DNA from: a virus
Direction: 5' to 3' (one strand)
IMG/VR virus record: IMGVR_UViG_3300049830_000142
Location: 70,589 to 134,588 of that record
DNA: 64,000 bases
The translations under genes and the position numbers were made by a program. Positions 9,338 through 20,180 of the stretch are shown here, piece by piece. The notes beneath the pieces were generated by a model. It worked only from the letters and a program-made list of their open reading frames with translations, did no database searches and was not told the origin of the DNA. The stretch's first letter is position 1. Each line of letters starts with the position of its first letter.

Positions 9338-12300
9338 ATGGACGACCACTTTATAAATTTGCCGGGTGAGATGCCTAATACGCTAGACCCTTACGCAGGT
9401 CAGCACCAGTATTCTCCTAACCCATTCATGGGTGGTGGTAGGATGCCGTTCGGTATTGGTAGCATCTTGATGTCGGCCTTCGGCAATAAGATGTGGCCTA
9501 TCCCAATGCCGGGCACATCACAAGGTGTTTACGATGCGGTATGGCAGCGTGAGCATGATATGCAGATGATGCATGTCGCTCGTCAAACGGTGTCTAGTTG
9601 GTATCCATTTCAAAACATGGGTGGCATGAACCAAAACAGCATGCTCACTCAAGCAGTATCTTCTTTGATGAGTCAGCCTGATGGTTTGGCTGCTACTATT
9701 ATGAGCCCAGTGCTGGGAGGTAATCCTGTGCAAGCTCAGATGGCCGCCTATGCTAATCTACAAGGTATTGGTGCCGCTGGTCTAGGAACTGTCGCTGGTG
9801 TGACAGGAACTCAGATTAGAGGTGGTGCCGACGCATTTGAATCCCAATTCTATAACCAGGACATCAAGAAGATCAATAAAGATTTGGGTGACAAAAAGAA
9901 AGCCGCAATATTGGCCAACATTAAACGAGCTAATATCTTAGGTTTGTCAGATCAACAAGGCACTGACCTATTCAATGAAAGCCGTAACAATGAGATTGTT
10001 CCCGGCACTACAGCCTATAGTAGGATTAACAGAGCTGGTATTACACTAGACGGTCTACAAAGCAAGATCTCTAGTATGGAAAGTACTGGCGATATCCAGA
10101 AGTATTTAGAAGGTGCTGACTTAGGTGACATGACTAGCAGGTTCAAGGAGCAGTTCGGCTCTGCTGTATCAGGTAGTGCAGAAGACCGTGCTAAAGCTTT
10201 TGCTGAAGGAATATCTGGTGTAGGTGAAAGTTTGAAAGGTAAGACGTCAGATGTTCAGGCTGTTGTAGACGCTCTCAAACAACTGCAGACCGAAGGCAAG
10301 TCTAAGGAGCAAGTCATGAAAGACGTAGATGCTCTTAAAGATAAATTTAAGTTAGATGACTCTGCAGCTGACATAGTTAGAAAAGGTGTAGAGGAAGGTA
10401 TGCAGAAGGGTAGTCAGATACTTTCTAAAGCTGTGGGAGAGAAACTACAGCAGAAGCCTATTAGCGAAGCTGCAAAAGATATTCAGTCTGTGGCTAACTC
10501 AATGCTGATGCAGAAGATCACTAGAGGTGTCAACTATGCTAATACATTAGGATTCAACTACGAAGATTTAGTAGGTGCTAGAGATGAAGCTATTAGACAA
10601 AGGTTTGTTGGTGGCCCTGGTACTGACTTAAATAAACTAAGCGCTCAATTTGGTGGTGGCCAGATGGTTAAGACAATGGACGCTATGAGAAGCGCTTTTG
10701 GTAATGACCTCACCGGTAAACAGCTTATACAAAAAGCAAATGAGTTCGTAGGTTATAGCAATTATGATCTTAACAAGACCGAAGATCAGAAGGACTTGGA
10801 AGATAATTTAAGAACATTGAAAGCTACAGCTAGAGTTACTGGTATTGACTTTGACACTATCATGAATGTTGAAGGTCAGGCTCAGAATGCTGCAGCTATG
10901 AACCCTTTGACCGCTCACTTAGGCGGTCGTGAGCTAGGTCCGATGGTTAGCCAAGCTGCACAACAGGTATTAGCTATGTCATCTCAGATGTCTAGTGAAG
11001 ACGTCAGATACTTGGGTGGGCCTGCCAACATGTTTAGAAGTGCTGTCGAAGGGCAGATCTTAAGCTCTCAACAGCCTATCGCTACACAACTAGCTGCGAT
11101 GGATACTTACTTTGTAGGAAATGACAAAGCTCAAGAAGCTGTCAGAAGCTATGCTAAGAACGGCGATATGACGGCCGGCGGTTGGGCTAGATTCCAGGAA
11201 GACTTGGCTAATCAAACTGGTGTTAACGGCGTAGACTTACAACGCTACTCACAGTATAATCCGTCAGCTACTAGAAAAGGATTCCAGGGAGAAGGTGGAG
11301 CGGCATTTAGAAAAGCTGGTGGGCAAGCTACGGTACAGGGAATTCTACAAGGCTTAGACTTTTATTACGGTGGTGGTGAAGCTGGTGCCTCGATGAAGGA
11401 TGAAGCTCAGAAGCTTATCCAAACAGGTCAATTCGGAAAGCTATTGACTGACAAGCGCTTTAATATGGCTGAGTTTGCTCCAGCTTGGGAAGATGCTTTG
11501 AAGAAGAACTACCTCTACGATTACGCTGTCGGAAACAACAGCAAATTCAAAGCTGCTGATGACCAGGTTCAGGAGAGAGTCAAATCTTCTGTAGAGCTAG
11601 AGAAGATAGTATCCTACAAAATGGGTAAGCTAAACGCTCCAACTATACAACGTGTCGTTCAGGCTATTGCTAGTGGTGACATGAGCCGAGATGGTCTTAA
11701 ACCCTTAGCTTCAGCACTAGGCATTGGTGATGAATTTTTACAGAACGCAGATCTAGTCAAGAACACAGACTATATCCAGAAGATGACAGCAGCTGGTAGT
11801 GTTGAAGACTTGTTAAATATATCTCAGGATGTCTTACATAAGTCCGGTGTATCTACCCAGACTACTAGAGAGTTAGGTGCATTCAGTGAGTTAGCTAAGA
11901 AGTACAATATCAATAGTGATGACGTAACGAAGATTAGAGCTAGTGGTGGTACTCTGAATGAGCTAAAAAAGATCATTGGTAATAAGTCTGCCATGACTAC
12001 TGAAGATCAAGCCAGAGAATTTTATAGGTTAGCCGGTACAGCTGATCAGCAAATGGCTTCAGGTGGTTTGCTTGATAAGTACTCAGGAGATTTCTCCAAA
12101 GATAGTTTGACGGCAGCTATGAAGAAGCCACTAGTTGACCAGGTTGTTGACTATGTCGGTGGTACTGATGAACGCGCTAAAGCCTTCAATGATTGGATGC
12201 AGAAGACTGGTGAACAGCTAAGCAGCGGTCAAGTGATGGAAGGAGATGCAGGCAGTGCTAACCGAGTAAAACTAGGTAAGGCTATCCAAGCATTGGGTGG

Positions 12301-12688
12301 TAAGAAAGGTGAAACTGAAGGCAAAGTATTTGATGTTTTGGCTGGTGTCGCTGGTCAAGGTGACTCTGGATTCCAGAACATAGATGGTACTTATAAACTT
12401 ACTGGTGCATTAGGCCAGTTTGGTCAGGCAGTCTATGGTAAGGAAGAGACATTCACTTCTGAGGATGATGCAAAGAAAGCTGTTAGTTCTCTAAGAGCTA
12501 TCGCTGATTCAGACTCAACAGTAACTGGCATCGTGTCTGAAAAGGGTGCGGCTGACGAGACTGTGAAGCAAATGAAGGAGCAATCTGAGGCAGCAATCAC
12601 TACAGCTTCAGGCGTAACAAAGATCTTAGGTAGCATCACTGAAATGACAGCTGCACTAAACCGTATCAACGGAACACTAAGCAAATAA
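9338..12688 (+). CDS. Tape measure protein
   Basis: 1116 aa Ala/Gly/Gln-rich helical protein after chaperone pair. Confidence 0.85.
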   Translation: MDDHFINLPGEMPNTLDPYAGQHQYSPNPFMGGGRMPFGIGSILMSAFGNKMWPIPMPGTSQGVYDAVWQREHDMQMMHVARQTVSSWYPFQNMGGMNQNSMLTQAVSSLMSQPDGLAATIMSPVLGGNPVQAQMAAYANLQGIGAAGLGTVAGVTGTQIRGGADAFESQFYNQDIKKINKDLGDKKKAAILANIKRANILGLSDQQGTDLFNESRNNEIVPGTTAYSRINRAGITLDGLQSKISSMESTGDIQKYLEGADLGDMTSRFKEQFGSAVSGSAEDRAKAFAEGISGVGESLKGKTSDVQAVVDALKQLQTEGKSKEQVMKDVDALKDKFKLDDSAADIVRKGVEEGMQKGSQILSKAVGEKLQQKPISEAAKDIQSVANSMLMQKITRGVNYANTLGFNYEDLVGARDEAIRQRFVGGPGTDLNKLSAQFGGGQMVKTMDAMRSAFGNDLTGKQLIQKANEFVGYSNYDLNKTEDQKDLEDNLRTLKATARVTGIDFDTIMNVEGQAQNAAAMNPLTAHLGGRELGPMVSQAAQQVLAMSSQMSSEDVRYLGGPANMFRSAVEGQILSSQQPIATQLAAMDTYFVGNDKAQEAVRSYAKNGDMTAGGWARFQEDLANQTGVNGVDLQRYSQYNPSATRKGFQGEGGAAFRKAGGQATVQGILQGLDFYYGGGEAGASMKDEAQKLIQTGQFGKLLTDKRFNMAEFAPAWEDALKKNYLYDYAVGNNSKFKAADDQVQERVKSSVELEKIVSYKMGKLNAPTIQRVVQAIASGDMSRDGLKPLASALGIGDEFLQNADLVKNTDYIQKMTAAGSVEDLLNISQDVLHKSGVSTQTTRELGAFSELAKKYNINSDDVTKIRASGGTLNELKKIIGNKSAMTTEDQAREFYRLAGTADQQMASGGLLDKYSGDFSKDSLTAAMKKPLVDQVVDYVGGTDERAKAFNDWMQKTGEQLSSGQVMEGDAGSANRVKLGKAIQALGGKKGETEGKVFDVLAGVAGQGDSGFQNIDGTYKLTGALGQFGQAVYGKEETFTSEDDAKKAVSSLRAIADSDSTVTGIVSEKGAADETVKQMKEQSEAAITTASGVTKILGSITEMTAALNRINGTLSK

Positions 12689-12689
12689 T

Positions 12690-13181
12690 ATGGCTGCATA
12701 CTACTACACTCTCTCAAGTTCTAACAGTGACGTGTTCCATGGTAACCAAGTGGTTCACCACGGTATCAATATTCCTTTCTTGGAGAACCTTATCAATGCT
12801 AACTCCATGGTTATCGTGAATGAGGTGACTATCCAGAACAGGGATACCGTTCAATACTTTTTGACTTTCAATGATGTAGTCTCATGGTTCTACTTTGGTA
12901 AAGGTCTAGGCTCTCTTTCAGTGAGCGGTGTGGTCTTGGCTGGTTGTCATAGCGCCGCCAATGATTTTCCAGGTGTGCAGGACCTATACAACGCTATAGG
13001 TAAGATCAGAGGTAAGGCACAGACTATTTTATTTGGTGGGTTCTCATTCAAGTGTGTTCTATCAAACTATACTTTCAGGGCTAATGCAGATGAAGCTTCG
13101 GTCAATATGATCGACTTCAATCTACAGATGGAAATCGTCGACCATCAGATCCCTGGTCCTTCCTATAACCCTAGCTGCTAA
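12690..13181 (+). CDS. Putative tail tube initiator
   Basis: Tube-like beta protein directly after tape measure. Confidence 0.5.
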   Translation: MAAYYYTLSSSNSDVFHGNQVVHHGINIPFLENLINANSMVIVNEVTIQNRDTVQYFLTFNDVVSWFYFGKGLGSLSVSGVVLAGCHSAANDFPGVQDLYNAIGKIRGKAQTILFGGFSFKCVLSNYTFRANADEASVNMIDFNLQMEIVDHQIPGPSYNPSC

Positions 13182-14893
13182 TGAATTCAAATATCAGCAT
13201 TGAGCTAACCACAACAGACGCTGGTTTGGCTACACTAATCAAAAACGTACGTATTACCGGTGCTACGTTATCCTATGGCATCAATAAGCTGCCTATAGCT
13301 CACGTACATATTGATACAACAGTTAGCGATGATTTGACTAGCTCACTACAGATCCTTTGTGACTTCGATAAGTTTAGAAGAAAAACACTGTCGTTGACTG
13401 TCAAGACCGGTGGGCTAGTATATGACGCAGGTTGTCTAGAGTTTGACGGTATACTAGACGGTATTAGCATCTCACAACAACCTGGAGGTTTGAGCGCTTC
13501 ATTAGTCATCAAACACCAATTTGTATTACTGAATGAGGTCTACCCTAGATTGCTTGGTCTAAGCGCTGGTAGTTCCAATATGTTCTCAGTAATGAGACCT
13601 ATACTCTATGATCCGAACCAGTTTGGTCCTGGCTCAGAAAATAACCATTTCCTCATACCTGACATGCAGTTGTATGGATTGATCACTGGTAAAGACCCGA
13701 ACAACAAAGTTAACACTGGTCTACCTCTGATACCGTTCATCATCGAAGTATTCAAGGCTGTAGTAAAAAATCAATCACTCTACAACATCGGTCCTAACAC
13801 GCCAGCATTCCAAAGTATCAGTAACGCTTTGCGAGATGTGATCAAAGAGCAACAGATCAACGCAGATAAGACTGGTGAGCTATTTAAGCTAGTAATGAAA
13901 CTACTTGGACAGGTCAACACAGAGTATAGCAGTCTGTTATCACTGTCAGGTAATGACCATTTGCTTAGCGCAGCTAGCCCAACGATCGCAGCTAAAGTAA
14001 TAGGTGACATAGCTCAGTTAGACGACACTATCTACAATTCAATGGTTCGTTACGTAGGTCAATATGGTTGCTGTTTTGTAGTGTCTAACGACACTGCTTA
14101 TGTAGTGCCTGATGCATCTTTTCTTAGAGTTGAAGTAGACCCATCATTGATTAAAAACAGTAGGTCTTTACAAACTAATATAGCTTACCCAGCAGACTAC
14201 GAAACTTTCTCCTTCAACGATACTGGTGAGAACACTATCAAAGGTGTATATGTTGTTCCTGAACCACTAGGTATGAACGGTACCTGGGCTGTGGGTGGTA
14301 TCAATGTCATGAGTGGTAGATACGTTGATCCTAATCCAGGTGTAAAGGGAAACATTGTTGTAAAGACTTTGCCTCAAATAGCTTGTTCTTATATTAGCAG
14401 GATAGCTTCACAAGGTAGTATGGGTGTACAGAAGATAGTCCATACTGGTAACAGCTTGATTGATGGAGCAATTGATACTGTAGAAGCTTATGCTAGTATG
14501 CAGCTTCACAAAATACAAACTGCTTTAGAGTATGGACAGATGCAGGCGTTCATCAATGCCTGGGCTCAGTCTGAGTATTGCAGGATCAAGTACGAAGATA
14601 GAACTGGTTATCTATCAATGCCATTTAACAACAACTGGGTGCCTGGAGCTCCTGGTGCTGCGCTAGCCAAACATCCTGGTACTTGGGTCCAGTTCTACGT
14701 CACTGACGTAACACATACTTTCAACCTAATGCCTAACAACTCCGGCACAGCTACTACCAACGTATCATTCAAAGGTGGTAGACCAGGACTTGTAGCAGGA
14801 TATACTGGACTAACGACTGTCCCTCTGTATAATTACAGTTACGCGCTTAGTCAGAACTTTGCAGACCAGTTCTTGGCTGACATAACACCATGA
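13181..14893 (+). CDS. Putative baseplate hub protein
   Basis: 570 aa; N-terminal hub-like pattern; synteny. Confidence 0.55.
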   Translation: MNSNISIELTTTDAGLATLIKNVRITGATLSYGINKLPIAHVHIDTTVSDDLTSSLQILCDFDKFRRKTLSLTVKTGGLVYDAGCLEFDGILDGISISQQPGGLSASLVIKHQFVLLNEVYPRLLGLSAGSSNMFSVMRPILYDPNQFGPGSENNHFLIPDMQLYGLITGKDPNNKVNTGLPLIPFIIEVFKAVVKNQSLYNIGPNTPAFQSISNALRDVIKEQQINADKTGELFKLVMKLLGQVNTEYSSLLSLSGNDHLLSAASPTIAAKVIGDIAQLDDTIYNSMVRYVGQYGCCFVVSNDTAYVVPDASFLRVEVDPSLIKNSRSLQTNIAYPADYETFSFNDTGENTIKGVYVVPEPLGMNGTWAVGGINVMSGRYVDPNPGVKGNIVVKTLPQIACSYISRIASQGSMGVQKIVHTGNSLIDGAIDTVEAYASMQLHKIQTALEYGQMQAFINAWAQSEYCRIKYEDRTGYLSMPFNNNWVPGAPGAALAKHPGTWVQFYVTDVTHTFNLMPNNSGTATTNVSFKGGRPGLVAGYTGLTTVPLYNYSYALSQNFADQFLADITP

Positions 14894-15528
14894 AACACGA
14901 CAAACTAATAGAAGACCACAAAAAGCTCATAGCCTATGAGGCTGGCAAATACAGTAAATTCGTGCCCTATGACGTTGTGTTAGCTGAGGCCTATAAACTG
15001 GCTTGGAAAGCTGCTGAAGGGTTTGATCCTAAAAAGGATACTAAGTTTAGCACTCACCTCACTAACCAGCTTAAGAAGCTGAGCCGTATTTCAACGATGT
15101 ATGGCAGTACTGTAAGATTGCCGGAAAACAAGCAATTTAAGCTACAGCATATCAATAATGCTGAAAAGGAGTTGGAGGATCAGCTAGGTAGGCCACCGTC
15201 AGCATTGGAGACTAGTGAGTATACTCACATACCACTAGTACACTTAAACAAGATTAAGCAGGGTAGAGCTCACGAAGTCAATATAAGCTCTCTACAACAT
15301 ACTCCAGTATTCGTTAATAATACGAATGACGACTGGCTACATTTCGTGTATCACGATCTAACTGATATAGATCGTATTATTTTTGAGCACAAGACTGGGT
15401 TCAATGGTAAAGAAGTGTTAAACAACGAAGCAATCGCTAAACTACTCAACATATCACCTAGTGCAGTTGGAAACAGAGCTAAGATGATAACAGACAAAGT
15501 TCAGAAGGGTTGGGAAGGTGATGACTAA
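14890..15528 (+). CDS. Phage sigma-70-family RNA polymerase sigma factor
   Basis: Region 2 (LWKAAEGFDP..TKFSTH-like), TVRLP, LGRPPS region 3, region 4 HTH. Confidence 0.85.
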   Translation: MKHDKLIEDHKKLIAYEAGKYSKFVPYDVVLAEAYKLAWKAAEGFDPKKDTKFSTHLTNQLKKLSRISTMYGSTVRLPENKQFKLQHINNAEKELEDQLGRPPSALETSEYTHIPLVHLNKIKQGRAHEVNISSLQHTPVFVNNTNDDWLHFVYHDLTDIDRIIFEHKTGFNGKEVLNNEAIAKLLNISPSAVGNRAKMITDKVQKGWEGDD

Positions 15529-16036
15529 GGAAGAGCGCCAGAACTATAATAGGGCTTACAGAAATAAGCATAAAGAAGAATTAGATCGAAAATCTAAGGC
15601 TTATAGGTTAATCTATAATAAAGAACATAGAGAAGAGATACGTAGTCGAAATAGGCTATGGAAAGAAAAGAATAAAGATAAATGTAGAATATCAAATACA
15701 GCGTATGTAAAGGCTAGGATAAAAATTGATCCAACATTCAAGCTACTACGATATGCACGTACTCGAATCTATATTGCTTTGAAGAGACAATTAGCTGGTA
15801 AAGAGTTATCAACGTTAAATTTAACTGGTTGTTCAACTGAAGATCTAAAGTCACATATTGAGAAACAATTTAAGGAAAACATGGCTTGGACAAACTATGG
15901 TACTTGGCATGTTGATCATATCAAACCTTGTTGTAAATTTGATTTGTCAAATCGATTAGAGCAACAAAAGTGTTTTCACTATTCTAATTTACAACCACTG
16001 TGGGCAAAAGATAACTTAGAAAAACGAGGAAAATAA
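15518..16036 (+). CDS. HNH homing endonuclease
   Basis: M.W.NYG.WHVDHIKPC..FDL....Q..CFHYSNLQPLW..DNL. Confidence 0.9.
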   Translation: MMTKEERQNYNRAYRNKHKEELDRKSKAYRLIYNKEHREEIRSRNRLWKEKNKDKCRISNTAYVKARIKIDPTFKLLRYARTRIYIALKRQLAGKELSTLNLTGCSTEDLKSHIEKQFKENMAWTNYGTWHVDHIKPCCKFDLSNRLEQQKCFHYSNLQPLWAKDNLEKRGK

Positions 16037-16440
16037 TGGCTGACAAGACATACAAAGATCATGCTGAAGGTGTCAGAGGTTGGATGAGTGAGACGGCTGA
16101 CGCTGAACTTACTGACCCAGGTTCAAGGAAGTGGTGTATCTTAGAGTTGACAAGTTTAACTCCTAGTGAAGTGGGCACTTACTTTAGTAGTGCAAAACCG
16201 AACCAAGATTTCAAAGATGAAGTAGACAAGGATCAGGTAACTGGTATCCCGGTCGCACAACATCAGATTGAGTCAGACCAGTTGTATTCTTTGGCTAAGT
16301 GTATGGCTTACCGCCATCAACCTAGACTAAGGCATTACAGGGATGACATAGAGAACAAAGATATCAGGACTAGGACGTCTATCGCCTTTGCTTTGGCGAA
16401 GATGAACCTGTTAACTGATTCAATGAAGAATAGCACATAA
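16036..16440 (+). CDS. Hypothetical protein (baseplate operon)
   Basis: 134 aa ORF coupled to neighbours. Confidence 0.55.
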   Translation: MADKTYKDHAEGVRGWMSETADAELTDPGSRKWCILELTSLTPSEVGTYFSSAKPNQDFKDEVDKDQVTGIPVAQHQIESDQLYSLAKCMAYRHQPRLRHYRDDIENKDIRTRTSIAFALAKMNLLTDSMKNST

Positions 16441-16883
16441 TGGCTATACAAGGAACATCAACGGATTACACTGGCAGGCTCAGGGATATTTACATCTCTG
16501 GCACTCTAAACCCATTGTCAACCGCTACGCAAACAGTGCACTATAGTTTTGGCAAGCCTAGCAAGTTTGTCGCTGGTGTGCAGAAGTTGATTCAGAGATA
16601 TTTAATTTCTTTGGTCAACTCAGGATTCGTTGAACAGCTGCAATCAATTAGCGGTAGCAACGTCTATACTGCTAAGAAGCTGTTCGGACTATACAACGCT
16701 GAGGTAGTAGACTCTTTTAGGAATTATCAGAACAGCAATCCTTCAACTTTTTTGGACGAACAACTTGATACTGTACAGTTGACTAATTTGACTAGTACAG
16801 GAGCTAGTGTAAACATTTCATTGCAGTTGAATACTAAAGCAGGCAGTAGCGTAACTTTCTTGTTACCGTTACCATTAAATTAA
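16440..16883 (+). CDS. Putative gp25-like baseplate wedge/sheath initiator
   Basis: 147 aa directly before baseplate J; GVQKLIQRY segment. Confidence 0.6.
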   Translation: MAIQGTSTDYTGRLRDIYISGTLNPLSTATQTVHYSFGKPSKFVAGVQKLIQRYLISLVNSGFVEQLQSISGSNVYTAKKLFGLYNAEVVDSFRNYQNSNPSTFLDEQLDTVQLTNLTSTGASVNISLQLNTKAGSSVTFLLPLPLN

Positions 16884-16884
16884 T

Positions 16885-18474
16885 ATGAGCGAGACCGCAT
16901 CACAAACGTTGGCAAGACTAACCGCCTTTATTCAGGCGAACGCACCTACCATAGATCTATCTCCTGGCAGTGTACTGAACGAATTGATACTTGGCCTAGA
17001 AACACAAATACAGAACCAAGTGTATAATGACATTAACGCCATTTCACAAGGTAACGCCATCAGTTTTGCTTTGGCTAGTTTAGCTGACACTTACTCACCC
17101 ATCATCGACAACATTGCTAGCAACTACAATGTTACTCGAACTGCCGGTGCTTACTCTGTCGGAAACATCAAGGCGTATGTAACGTCAAACTCTGCAACCT
17201 ATACACTACCTTCCGGAACGTCATTCAATCAACCTGCATTAGGTTACACTTACCAGACTACGGCTCCCATCTCAATCACAAGCTTGTCATATAGCTCAGA
17301 AGTGAGTGGCTATTCAATCATTGTACCAGTCACATCTACTGACATTGGTCTGCATACTATTTTGACTAACGGTGCTCCATTTGAACTGGGTACTGGTTCA
17401 GCTATTCCAGGTTTTGTACAAGCCTCAGCCTACGGTTCATTCTCAGCTGGTGTAAACGTCGAGACTGATAGAAAACTCATCACAAGATTTAGATCAGGCT
17501 TGGCTACGTCTAACCTATTGACAGCAGCAAGCATCAACAATTATTTGACTAACAAGTATCCTAGCTTTAGTGGTGCGTATATCGCTGATGCTACTTCACC
17601 TGTCAACAACCGTTGTCAGAATAACTTGCTTAACCTTAAGATTCCTGGTGCTGTAGATGTATATGTAAAAACAAACGTAAACATCCCACAAGTCCCTGTA
17701 TCTTTGCCAGGTACATATCTAGGTTCTACCGATTTTTCAGCTAACACTTGGCAAGTCACTTTAGACAACAACGTTTCTGGTGGTTCTTATCTAGGCTTCT
17801 ATCGCGTCGTTAGTGTGCAAGACGCTACCAGTGCTAACCTAGTCAACTTACCTTTCAATGTCACCTACAGCTATGACAGCCTAGCTTCCAACGTAATCAC
17901 TGACGCAGCACAAGCTAGATACTCACCCTATCAAACAGCAACGATCAATATAGGTTATACTGGTGTGACCTCACCTAGCGGTAGACAGTTTTTGGTAACT
18001 GTATTGGCTCCATACCAGTTACGTGCAATCCAAGAGACTTTCTTAGATAACAACAATCGAATCCCGGCAGCAGACTATCTGGTAAAAGGTGTAGTGCCTT
18101 GCATGGTTACTATGTCTCTATCGTTAGTTGCGAACAAGACCGGACCTTTGGTTGATACAGTTGCGTTACAACGTGACTTATTCAACTATGTCAACAGCTT
18201 AGGTATTGGCGAGTCTATCGTCGTAAGTCAGATCGTAAACCTTTGTCACAAATATAACGTGGCTAGAGTAGATTTGCCTATCGTATTAAATGGTAGGATC
18301 TTGGCCCCATATAACACTACGGGCGCTGCTGATCAAGATATCTTCATTGAGGGTAACGACTTTCTGCAAATACCAGATTATGAGCAGTATGGTGTGACTC
18401 AAGACAACACCGCGTTTTTCCTTAACTATTTCACAGATAACGGCAAGCCTAACATCAACCTGTCTGTCAAGTAA
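16885..18474 (+). CDS. Baseplate J-like wedge protein
   Basis: DLSPGSVLNELI N-terminus; G...ETD....RFR motif. Confidence 0.8.
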   Translation: MSETASQTLARLTAFIQANAPTIDLSPGSVLNELILGLETQIQNQVYNDINAISQGNAISFALASLADTYSPIIDNIASNYNVTRTAGAYSVGNIKAYVTSNSATYTLPSGTSFNQPALGYTYQTTAPISITSLSYSSEVSGYSIIVPVTSTDIGLHTILTNGAPFELGTGSAIPGFVQASAYGSFSAGVNVETDRKLITRFRSGLATSNLLTAASINNYLTNKYPSFSGAYIADATSPVNNRCQNNLLNLKIPGAVDVYVKTNVNIPQVPVSLPGTYLGSTDFSANTWQVTLDNNVSGGSYLGFYRVVSVQDATSANLVNLPFNVTYSYDSLASNVITDAAQARYSPYQTATINIGYTGVTSPSGRQFLVTVLAPYQLRAIQETFLDNNNRIPAADYLVKGVVPCMVTMSLSLVANKTGPLVDTVALQRDLFNYVNSLGIGESIVVSQIVNLCHKYNVARVDLPIVLNGRILAPYNTTGAADQDIFIEGNDFLQIPDYEQYGVTQDNTAFFLNYFTDNGKPNINLSVK

Positions 18475-20141
18475 TGAGCTTTCTTAGTTACGATCCTAAT
18501 AGCAATCCAGGCAACCAAGCCACGGATAGCGTTTATCTATTCAATACCCTAGGCTACTTTTGGAGAAGAGCATTCAAAGACGTCAATGTAATCTCAGGCT
18601 TGATACAGGGACAAGTTGAAGCAGCGAAACAAGCGTACACCCAAATGTTTCAATTGATCGATAGTTACAGCACTACCGACATCCCTGTATTTGAAAGACG
18701 TAACTGGTATCCTTTGACTATCAAGCTATCTGATCTAGACAACAACACTTTGCTATTTGGTGAAGGTGTCAAGTTTGGTGATACAGTTTCTTCCCAGAGC
18801 TATAAGTTTGGTACGACTATACCGGCCGCCCCTAACACATACAGCGTAGTCATTGGTGATACTGTTAAACAAGCCACTTTTATCGTAGATCAGGTGGTCT
18901 CTCCCAACATGACCTGGATGCCTGGTGTAGACTATGATATCATCAACGGTCGTGTTTTCTTCTACGCCAATCCATTTACCAGACCTAATGTAACTTCAGC
19001 GACCATCTACAACTCTGATGGTACCGCAACTTCAGACAAGGTGATGATTCTATGGATCTACAATGCGGATCTAAACAGTGATAACTTAAAGAACAACATT
19101 GGCTTCATGTTTGGTGTAGATGTTCCTCACAATAGCCAAGGCAAATCAATTTTAGGCAGAGCTGTTAAACTCTATACTAACGGGCCTACAATCAATGACA
19201 TCAAAGCCGTGGCTTTAGCTAGCCTAGGATTGCCCATCATAGATGAAGTATCTACCATTGCTAGTATCGCTATAGTAGGCAGCAATCGAGTCTTCACTAC
19301 AGATACGGGTGTTTACAGCTATCCTACGAGCTACCAGCTAAAAAGTGGTATCACAACCGGTACGGTCCTACAGATAGGCGACGTACCGGTTAAAGCAGTT
19401 GAATTGTTTGACCAAGTCAATAAAGCTAATTGGTGGCAAACTGAGCTAGGAGTCGATATAAGCACACCAAACGCCAGAACAGTGATTGACCCGACTGGAG
19501 CTTCATCTTCGCTTACAGTGCAATCTGGACGCGCTCTAGTACCTTTGGAGCTACCACCGTCAATGCTACTCATTTCCTCTGACTACGCGCTCAGGTTTAT
19601 GAACACAGCTGAGCCAGTCTCATTAGATGGTGATCATCAGCTAGTGTTTCCTGTCCATGGCTCGTACTATGATGTCAAAAGGTTTCAGAATTCCTTGAAA
19701 AACAACGGAATGCTGGCTTTGGTGAACAGTCAAATTAGTCCAATACTATCACCAAGCAATCCAGTCAACGTAATTAACCCAGTTGACTTCATATTCAAAG
19801 CTTTCTTGAAGAGTGCTTCTGCGCTTCTTCGTGTTAAATTCTTAGATATCAATCAGTTAGGTATTTTTGAGGAGTTCTTTGGTGTTATCTACGACATGCT
19901 TCCACCCAACGTATTGTTAATAGTCTTGTGTGATGTGGTCGTACCTGGAGATACATACCAAATGAACACAAATACTCTCGACAACAGTATGAGTACTTAT
20001 TATCCTCTGCAAAAGACTAATGATGTAGTATCATTTAATTCAGGTTCAGGGTTAGTCATTAAGGACATGGCGACGAGCAGAGTCATCGTAGCCGACCCTA
20101 TCACAGAAATACGCCAAATCAGCCTTGTAGTTCCATCTTAA
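18474..20141 (+). CDS. Putative baseplate wedge protein (gpI/gp7-like)
   Basis: Follows baseplate J; LG.FW and GPT...I....G.P motifs. Confidence 0.55.
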   Translation: MSFLSYDPNSNPGNQATDSVYLFNTLGYFWRRAFKDVNVISGLIQGQVEAAKQAYTQMFQLIDSYSTTDIPVFERRNWYPLTIKLSDLDNNTLLFGEGVKFGDTVSSQSYKFGTTIPAAPNTYSVVIGDTVKQATFIVDQVVSPNMTWMPGVDYDIINGRVFFYANPFTRPNVTSATIYNSDGTATSDKVMILWIYNADLNSDNLKNNIGFMFGVDVPHNSQGKSILGRAVKLYTNGPTINDIKAVALASLGLPIIDEVSTIASIAIVGSNRVFTTDTGVYSYPTSYQLKSGITTGTVLQIGDVPVKAVELFDQVNKANWWQTELGVDISTPNARTVIDPTGASSSLTVQSGRALVPLELPPSMLLISSDYALRFMNTAEPVSLDGDHQLVFPVHGSYYDVKRFQNSLKNNGMLALVNSQISPILSPSNPVNVINPVDFIFKAFLKSASALLRVKFLDINQLGIFEEFFGVIYDMLPPNVLLIVLCDVVVPGDTYQMNTNTLDNSMSTYYPLQKTNDVVSFNSGSGLVIKDMATSRVIVADPITEIRQISLVVPS

Positions 20142-20144
20142 TCA

Positions 20145-20173
20145 TTGAGATAGACTAACAAAGGTGATATTAT
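20145..20173 (+). promoter_or_regulatory. Sigma70-type promoter, leaderless
   Basis: TTGAGA-17-TATTAT with TGn; ATG 7 nt downstream. Confidence 0.7.
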
Positions 20174-20180
20174 CAATTAT

